Source of the DNA: an uncultured Acidobacteriota bacterium | Lineage (GTDB): Bacteria > Acidobacteriota > Vicinamibacteria > Vicinamibacterales > 2-12-FULL-66-21 | Reading direction: 5' to 3' | DNA length: 64,000 bases | NCBI GenBank assembly: GCA_963785755.1 | Contig: CAWAXG010000013.1 | Coordinates: 1,260,419-1,324,418, forward strand | Shown here: piece by piece, positions 56,959 to 64,000 of the stretch | Layout of the letters: every line of letters begins with the position of its first letter | Position numbering within the stretch: position 1 is the stretch's first letter | Notes under the pieces: generated by a model | What the model was told of the DNA's origin: nothing | The model's input: only the letters and a program-made list of their open reading frames with translations | Databases searched by the model: none | Position numbers and translations under genes: made by a program

Positions 56959-59455
56959 TCACTGGCCCCTGAGTGCCAGCGTCGGTTCGATCCGCGCGGC
57001 GCGGCGTGCGGGCAGCCATGCGGCCAGCAGCACGACCGAGATGAGGATCGCCACCGTGGCCGCTACCACCGCCGGGTCGATCCAGACGTCCTGCGCCATC
57101 TTCGAGATCAGCGGCCGTGCGATTGCGGCGAGGCACAGCCCCGTGAGCGCACCGGCCAGACCAAGAGCGGCAGCCTGGCGCAGGACCATGTGCTGCACGT
57201 CACGCCCGGTCGCGCCGATCGCCATGCGCAATCCGATCTCCTGCGCGCGCTGACTGACGGCGTACGACACGAGTCCGTACAGACCCGAGACCGCGAGCAG
57301 CACGGCGGTCAGCGCGAACGCGCCGAACAGGCCGAGATTGAAGCGCCGCGGTCCGAGCCAGGCATCGATGAAATCGCGCATGCTTCCCGTGCCCGACACC
57401 GCGGCATCCGGATCGACCGCTCGCAGCTGTTCCAGGAACGTCGCGCGAAACGCCGAGGGATCCGGGATCGCCGCGGCGTCATCAACCGAGCGAAGGCGAA
57501 CTTGTCGCGCCGAAGCTCGGGCGTCGTCAACCGAGCGAAGGCGGACTCATCCAGAACTGGTTGTTCCGCAGCAGTGAGACGCCGTCGGGATGAATCTGCC
57601 GCACCGGGATGTAGATGTCGAGGGCCGGCGGCAGATCGAGCGCCGCCTGGCGGACGTTCTCGACCACGCCCACGATCTCGACCGGCCGCGGCCCGATGTT
57701 GTTGTCGTCGATCATGAGCCGTTGGCCGACGGCGCTCCCGGACAGGAATCGATCCGCGAGCGCCGCGCTGACCAGCGCGACGTGCGGAGTGTCCGGCCGA
57801 TCGCTCTCCGCGAACGCCCGTCCCTGCAGCAGCCGGGTACCGACGGCAGCGGGATAGCCGGGAGAAATCGCGCGGAGATTGGCGCTGGCCCGGTCGCGGT
57901 CCAGCGTGGGTTGACCGGCCACGGCGAACGGCACGGCCGCGAGCAGTCCGCTCAGCGGCGCCACCGATATGACCCCGATCTGTTCCACGCCCGGCGCGGC
58001 GGCAATCCGGTCCGACAGCCGCTCGTAGAAACGGGTGAGGTCGTCCGGCGTTCGATACGTCGCGGGCAGCGACACGCGCGCCTGAAACACGCCCTCCGGA
58101 TTGAAGCCGGGATGGACGTCGTGGAGCCGCCGCAGGTTCTGCACCAGCACGATCGTCGCCAGCAGCAGAACGAGAGCAGCGGAAATCTCACCAACGACCA
58201 GGACATTCCGGACGCTGCGAGTCCATCGATCGCCGATCGATCCACGGCTCGCCGACTGGAGCACATCGCCGGCGCGGGTGCGCGCGATCGCCGCGAGCGG
58301 CGCGGCGCTCAAGAGCGCTGTCACCAGCGCGGTGACGACGATCGCAATAAACGCGACCGTTCTGTCGAGGCTCACTTCGTCAAGGCGTGGTATCGATGCC
58401 GGAGCCCACCGCACTGACGCGGCAATCAGCTGGGCCGCGAGCATCCATCCCAGTGCGGTTCCCGACAGCGCGAGCAGCGACGCCTCGACGACGAGCTGCC
58501 GCGCGAGCTGGAGCCACGATGCGCCGATGGCGATTCGCATCGACAGCTCGGCGCGGCGTCCGTGAGCCCGGACGAGGGCGAGCGAGACGAGATTGGCCAG
58601 AGCCGCCGCGAGCACGACGATCACGGCCGCGAGCAGGAGCAGCATCGACTGGCGGAAGTCGCCGACGATCACCTCGTGCAGCGCGACGACCCGCACGGCG
58701 TCCTTGCGGGCGTATTCGACCGGGAACTGCTGGCGGAGCGAGCGGCAGATCGCGGTCAGCTCGGCCTGTGCCCGAGTGGCGTCCGATCCCGGATGGAGGC
58801 GGCCGAAGAACCTCAGAAAGTTCACCGAGCTCCGGATATGGCGCAGCGGATCCCTGTCGGGCGCCAGCGGCGTCACGACGTCCACGTCCCGCAGCGGCGG
58901 CGGCAGCGGAAAGGGCGACGGCAGCACGCCGACGATCGTGAACGACTCACCATTGATCCGCACCGCCTTCCCCACCATGTCGGCGGCTCCGCCGTACTTG
59001 CGTTGCCAAAGGCGATGGCTGAGGACGACCACACGCGGCGCATCGGCCCGATCGTCGCGGTCGTCGAGCAGCCGGCCAGCCGCCGGCGAGACACCCAGCA
59101 CGTCGAAGGCGTTCGCCGACATCCGGGCACCGGTGAGCCGCTCGGTGAGACCGTCGCCAGCCAGGCTCGCACTCCAGTTGGCGTAAGCCGCGAGACCAGA
59201 CAGCGAATGCGTCCGGCGCCGATAGTCGATGAACTCCGGCAGCGTGAACGGCGCATTCGGATTGTCGGTCCGCACTGACGCCACCCAGACCAGCCGATCG
59301 GGCGACGCGAACGGCAGCGCCCGCAGGAGCACGCTGTTCACGACGGAGAAGACGGCAGCCGTCGCCCCAATCGCGAGCGCAAGGGTGCCGATGACGGTCA
59401 ACGCGAAGGCCGGCTGGCGGGTGTAATGACGAATGGCGATTGCGAAAAAGTTCAA
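56959..59455 (-). pseudogene. ADOP-type duplicated MacB/FtsX-like permease, copy 3, with one +1 frameshift
   Basis: The 57527..59455 frame ends ...LLRNNQFWM, then shifts. One base later the frame reads VRLRSVDDARASARQVRLRSVDDAAAIPDPSAFRATFLEQLRAVDPDAAVSGTGSMRDF and runs into the 56959..57399 ORF (second FtsX module). Confidence 0.8.
57476..57547. repeat. Direct repeat of 27 bp (25/27) with a 45-bp period inside ADOP copy 3
   Basis: gcgtcatcaaccgagcgaaggcgaact (57476-57502) versus gcgtcgtcaaccgagcgaaggcggact (57521-57547). Both encode VRLRSVDDA. Confidence 0.7.
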
Positions 59456-59585
59456 GGGTTCAGCGCCGAGTCGATGCTATCGAAGAGAGACCCGGCGATT
59501 TGCGACAGAGATCCGACTCCGCGCGACAACTGCTTGCGAACCGCTCCGGCGCGGCGGCATAGTGGACGTCACAAGTACCAAGTCG

Positions 59586-59660
59586 GAAGGGGCAAGTACA
59601 ACGGAAAGAGCATCGATGATTCTCGTTGTTCCTTCCGTTGAACTTGCCCCTTGCCACTTG
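59586..59660 (-). repeat. Family-A intergenic repeat (inverted copy of 15824-15911), itself a hairpin
   Basis: ggaaggggcaagtacaacggaa pairs with ttccgttgaacttgccccttgcc. It contains the 40-mer and 24-mer shared with 15824-15911. Confidence 0.8.
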
Positions 59661-59678
59661 ATTTTCGCCATTCGACTG

Positions 59679-60677
59679 ATGACTGACACCTCCGCGTCAG
59701 CTTCAACGCCTCGCCGGATCGTCGTCGTTCTGGTCCCGCCGGTCGATGAGCTCGATCTGGTCGGGCCCCTTCAGGTGTTCAGCTCCGTCAACCGGCTCGC
59801 GGGCCGGACCATCTATGCGATCGAGGTCGTCACGAACGCCGATCAGCTGACGGTCGAGGGCGAGGGCGGTGTGCTGGCCTTCATCGCCAGGGCTCACATA
59901 AACAATGTCGACGGCGGCTGCGATTCGGTGCTCGTGGTGTGTGGGCAGGGCTCCCGGTCCGTGTGCGACGCGGCGTTGTCCGCCTGGCTGAAGGAGCAGG
60001 CGGCCGCCGTGCGGCGGCTCGGCGCCGTGTGCGTCGGCGCTTTTCTGCTCGCGGAGGCGGGGCTGCTCGACGGTCGCCGGGCGACGGCGCACTGGAAGTT
60101 CGGCCGCGAGCTGGCCGCCCGCTACCCCGCCGTGCGCGTCGAGCACGAGCCGCTGTGGGTCAAGGACGGCAACATCTATACGTCGGCCGGATTCTCAGCG
60201 GGGATCGATCTTGCGCTCGCCTGGGTGGAAGAGGATTGCGGCGCCGCGCTCGCCCACGAAGCCGCGCGCGAGCTGGTGCTGTTCCTGCGGCGGCCCGGCG
60301 GGCAGCCGCAGGTGAGCGTCTCGCTCGCGTCACAGGCGTCCGAGATGGCGACGATCCGCGAGCTGCAGATCTGGATAGCCGAGCACCTCGACGCCAGGCT
60401 GTCGGTGGAGGACCTCGCGGATCGGATGTCGATGAGCGTGCGCAACTTCGAGCGCGTCTTCACGCGGGAAGTCGGCACGACGCCCTCGCAATACGTGCTG
60501 CAGATGCGGGTCGAGGCGGCGCGGCGGCTGCTCGAACGCACTGACGGTGGCCTCAAGCAGGTGGCCTCGGCCGCCGGGTTCGGCAGCGTCGACGTGATGC
60601 GGCGCGCGTTCGTCCGGCTGCTGGGGATCACGCCCCGCCGGTATCGCGACGTCGCGGAACAAGCGTCTCCCGACTGA
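59679..60677 (+). CDS. GlxA-family transcriptional regulator (DJ-1/PfpI domain plus AraC-type HTH)
   Basis: RRIVVVLVPPVDELDLVGPLQVF, LGAVCVGAFLLAEAGLLDGRRATAHW, and the C-terminal HTH LADRMSMSVRNFERVFTREVGTTPSQYVLQMRVEAARRLL. Confidence 0.88.
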   Translation: MTDTSASASTPRRIVVVLVPPVDELDLVGPLQVFSSVNRLAGRTIYAIEVVTNADQLTVEGEGGVLAFIARAHINNVDGGCDSVLVVCGQGSRSVCDAALSAWLKEQAAAVRRLGAVCVGAFLLAEAGLLDGRRATAHWKFGRELAARYPAVRVEHEPLWVKDGNIYTSAGFSAGIDLALAWVEEDCGAALAHEAARELVLFLRRPGGQPQVSVSLASQASEMATIRELQIWIAEHLDARLSVEDLADRMSMSVRNFERVFTREVGTTPSQYVLQMRVEAARRLLERTDGGLKQVASAAGFGSVDVMRRAFVRLLGITPRRYRDVAEQASPD

Positions 60678-60762
60678 CGCCGGCGCCGCAATTTGTCTTC
60701 CGGCTAAAGCCGGAAGCCACGGGTCAAGTGCCAAGGGGCAGTGCCGCTTGCGACTTGGATTG

Positions 60763-62134
60763 TTACGTCTGCGTGGCTTCCGCCTGAAGGCATTCATCCG
60801 CGGCTCTTGACCGGGCAGTCCTGAGCGCCACCGCCTTGCGATAGCCGTCCAGCGAGCTCTCGCGATCGGCCTCGTTCCACTTCCAGCGGCGCATTGATTC
60901 ACCAAATACCTCTTCATCCGCGAACGGCGGCGCCAGCGTGAACACCGTATCGAGCGCGGACGTCGCGTCGGCGGCCCGGCCGAGCTTCCCGGCTGCCATC
61001 GCGATCTGGGCGTACGCCCACAAGTGCTTCGGCATGTTGATGCGCTTCGCCGCACGCAGGGCGCCCTCGTAATCGTCCACCGCGTAATCGTGATTGGCGA
61101 TCGCGAAGTGATACCAGCCGGGATGATCGGGGTTGATCGACATCGCGCGGTTGGCGAGCGCGGCTCCCCGCTCGAGGTCGCCGGCGTGGACGAGCAGCGT
61201 GCCCATGAACGCCACGGCATTCGCGTTTCTCGGATTGAGCGTCAAGACCCGATCGACGGCGTGCGCGAACCCCTCCCGATCGTGCTCGAAGAAGTAACAG
61301 AAGGCCAGCGCCTGCCACGCGTGCTGACTGTGCGGATCGAGCTCGAGTGCCCGCGTCACGGCCTGTCGGGCGCGCACGAGCGGCTCGGGCCGGACGTTGA
61401 AATCGAAGCCGTACTCGTGCAGATACAGGTGCGCCAGGGCCGACCAGAACGGCGCGAACGCCGGCTGCCGCTCGACGGAGCGCTCGAGGAAGTCACGCAG
61501 GAGGCCGTGCTCGTCGGGCGCATGCTGCCGGTGGTACGCCCAGTACCGCAGCCTCAACTCCTGGGAATCGAGCTCCTCGAGCGGGCGGCCGGTGACGCCG
61601 ACGCTCATCGCCCTCAGCAGCACGCCGTGCACGTCAGCGACCGTCGCCACCACGCAATCGGTGACATCGTCCTGCACCGCGAGCACGGTGTCCGGCTGAA
61701 CGTCGCGCGTGTAGGTCTCGCTCCAGAGCTGCGCGCCGCTCTCGGCGTCGACCAGACGGGCGACGATGCGCATCGTACCGCCCGCACGGCGAATGCCGCC
61801 GTCGAGCAGGTAGCGGGCGCCGAGCGCCTGGCCGATCTGGCGGGCATCGGCGGTGGTTCCCTTGTACTGCCTGGCGGAGTGCGCGGCGATGACCGACATG
61901 TAGGCGAACCGGGCAAGTCCGGCGGTGATGTCCTCGGTGAGGCCGTCGGCCAGCGCGCGCGACTCCTCGTCGCGTGCCTGAGGCAAAAGGGATCACGGCA
62001 ATCCATGTGCTGGGCGGGGTTGCCGCATCTGATGCCGGACGTCGCGAGGGTGCAGTCGCCGAGCCGGCCGGCGGACTGGCCAGGACCGCGTCCGACGACG
62101 GCTGGCGCGAGCCGGTCTGAACCGCGCCCCTCAA
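60763..62134 (-). pseudogene. Kinase-less paralog of the downstream part of the Ser/Thr kinase (TolB-N-like domain plus TPR); +1 frameshift near the N-terminus; start uncertain
   Basis: The 60763..61986 ORF begins ARDEESRALADGLTEDITAGLARF. One base out of frame upstream is ...AATPPSTWIAVIPFAS, the expected preceding motif (compare LWIAVLPFTVRGADPDAAVLASGLTEDITAGLSRF in the neighbour). A possible TTG start at 62134 overlaps the neighbour's stop. Confidence 0.55.
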
Positions 62135-64000
62135 TGCCGAGGGCCTTTCGATGAGCCATCCATGACGAGTTCGACGTCGGCCGGCCTGTTCCACCGCCAG
62201 CGCCCGCTCACCTCGCGAAGCACGTCTTCGTCTTCGAATGCCGGGGCGAGCGCGAAAAGCGCGTCGAGCGCCGCGGTCGCCTCGGCCGCCCGCCCGAGCT
62301 GTCCCGCGGCGATCGCGACCGCCCACGGGAACCACACGTTCTGCGGCATGTTGATCTTCCGGGCTGTGGCCAGGGCGTCGGCGAACTCGCCGCGGATGTA
62401 GTGACGATTGAAGAAGACGAAGTGGTACCAGCCGGGATACGCGGGACTGATCGCCATCGCGCGCTCCGTCATCGCGCACGCGCGGTCGGACTCGCCGAGC
62501 TGGGAGAACAGGAATGCCAGAAACGCGATGGAGTTCGTGTTTCGCGGATTCAGGGCGAGCGCGCGCTCCGCCGCATGAACGAACCCGTCGCCGTCGCGCT
62601 CGAAGTAGCACGTGACCGCCAGCACATGCCACGCGTGCTGGTGCATGGCATCGAGGTCGAGCGCTCGCGACACCGTCCGACGCGCCCGCGCCAACGGCTC
62701 CGGACGCGGGTTGAAGCCGTGCACGAACTCCATGCCGTACAGCTCGGCCAGCACCGCCCACGCGTCGGCCAGCTGCGGCTGGCTCTCGACGATCTGCTCG
62801 AGTCTCGACCGGAGCAGGCCATGCTCCGAGGACTCGGGCTGGCGCACGTAGTTCCAATAGCGCAGTAACACATCGCCCGGGGCGAGCGTGTCAAGGGCGC
62901 GCTCCTTCAGACCCTGGCACATGGACCGCAGCAGGACGCCGTACACGTCGGCCACGGTCGCCACTATGCGATCGGTCACGTCGTCCTGCACGGTATAGAT
63001 GTCCGTGTCAGCACCGCTCCGATCGTAGGTTTCGGTCCAGAGCTGCGAACCGCCGCGGGCGTCGACCAGGTGCGCCGTGATGCGAATGCCGGACGCCGAC
63101 TTCCGGACGCTGCCGCCGATGACGTAGCGCGCGTTCAGCCGCCCGGCGATCTGGCGCGCGTCGAGCGTCGAGTCCTTGAAGCTCTGCGTCGATTGCGGCG
63201 CCACGACCGAGAGGCTGGAGAACCGCGACAGGCCCGCGGTGATGTCCTCGGTGAGGCCCGAGGCCAGCACGGCAGCGTCGGGATCGGCGCCACGAACCGT
63301 GAACGGCAGTACTGCGATCCAGAGCTTGTCGGCGACCGCCGGGGCAATGCCTGCGCTGCTGGCCGATCGATCCGTACCCGACTCGAGCTGCTTCTGCACG
63401 TGGCGCAGCTCGTTGTAGATATCCCGCGCCGTCTGTACCCGGTCGTCGGGCCGCTTCTCCAGGCAGCGCTGGATCAGCCGCGACAGCGCGTCCGGAATGT
63501 CGGCCCGGATCTCGCTCGTGCTCCGGGGAGCGTCGCGGAGGATCGCCGACATCAGCTGCGGCGACGTGTCGCCGCTGAACGGCCGGGACCCCGTGAGCAT
63601 CTCGTGGAACATCACGCCGAGCGAGAACAGATCGGTCCGGTGATCGAGCGGTCTTCCCTCGACCTGCTCCGGCGACATGTACGGCATCGTCCCGATGATC
63701 GTCCCCGGCGTCGTCACCTGGGGCGAGGCGATGGTAGCCATGTCGGACTGGCTCAGTCCCGTTCCTCCGGATGGCGCGAGGGCCAGACCGAAATCGAGCA
63801 CCTTCACCCGTCCGTCTTCCGCCACCATGACGTTGGCCGGCTTCAGGTCGCGATGGGTGATCTGCTTCTGATGCGCCGCGGTGAGCGCATCGGCCAGCGG
63901 CAGCGCCAGCTCCAGAAACCGCTTCAGCGGCAGACCAGCCGGCGGAATCAGCGCATCGAGCGGCTGCCCCTCGATCAGTTCCATGGTCAGGAACCGGATG
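62131..64000 (-). CDS. Ser/Thr protein kinase with TolB-N-like and TPR C-terminal region; N-terminus beyond the window
   Basis: Kinase subdomains HRDLKPANVMV, DFGLA, GTMPYMSPEQ, then LWIAVLPFTVRG...LTEDITAGLSRF and TPR-like helices. The frame is open to the window end. Confidence 0.88.
   Translation of the reverse strand, partial: IRFLTMELIEGQPLDALIPPAGLPLKRFLELALPLADALTAAHQKQITHRDLKPANVMVAEDGRVKVLDFGLALAPSGGTGLSQSDMATIASPQVTTPGTIIGTMPYMSPEQVEGRPLDHRTDLFSLGVMFHEMLTGSRPFSGDTSPQLMSAILRDAPRSTSEIRADIPDALSRLIQRCLEKRPDDRVQTARDIYNELRHVQKQLESGTDRSASSAGIAPAVADKLWIAVLPFTVRGADPDAAVLASGLTEDITAGLSRFSSLSVVAPQSTQSFKDSTLDARQIAGRLNARYVIGGSVRKSASGIRITAHLVDARGGSQLWTETYDRSGADTDIYTVQDDVTDRIVATVADVYGVLLRSMCQGLKERALDTLAPGDVLLRYWNYVRQPESSEHGLLRSRLEQIVESQPQLADAWAVLAELYGMEFVHGFNPRPEPLARARRTVSRALDLDAMHQHAWHVLAVTCYFERDGDGFVHAAERALALNPRNTNSIAFLAFLFSQLGESDRACAMTERAMAISPAYPGWYHFVFFNRHYIRGEFADALATARKINMPQNVWFPWAVAIAAGQLGRAAEATAALDALFALAPAFEDEDVLREVSGRWRWNRPADVELVMDGSSKGPRH

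Overview
Visibly GC-rich chromosomal segment (GC not computed). It is most likely from an Acidobacteriota-like soil bacterium: three ADOP-type duplicated MacB/FtsX permeases, one of them coupled to a PadR regulator, an ECF42-like sigma factor next to a YCII protein, and a Ser/Thr kinase with a TPR tail. I recognise about 43 protein-coding loci. I saw no rRNA, tRNA, CRISPR array, transposase, integrase or phage gene. Signal transduction dominates: seven histidine kinases (two of them large hybrids), six response regulators, one sigma-54 activator, one ECF sigma factor and one Ser/Thr kinase. Other content includes a ChrB-like protein, a CDF transporter, a formylglycine-generating enzyme, an OmpA-family protein, a PIG-L/ROK/Gfo sugar locus with a patatin-Omp85 gene, a bis-MGD molybdoenzyme, a PEP-mutase/isocitrate-lyase family enzyme, an aquaporin, a DUF418 protein and a GlxA regulator. 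Four things are not explained by ordinary gene calls. (1) About 20 reading-frame breaks in nine genes are all +1 single-base-insertion shifts, and 14 of them lie in 25.9-32.1 kb. (2) Almost every intergenic spacer holds a lower-GC hairpin built from short oligomer words, and several of these families recur within the window. (3) An 18-bp palindrome, GTTGGAC-N4-GTCCAAC, sits at four promoter-proximal positions. (4) There are unusual domain fusions: ABC-2 permease with amidohydrolase inside a DesK/DesR-type operon, APC-like permease with USP-like domain and MgtE, and a kinase with two complete catalytic cores. All protein calls come from reading the translated ORFs and recognising motifs. No database search was run.
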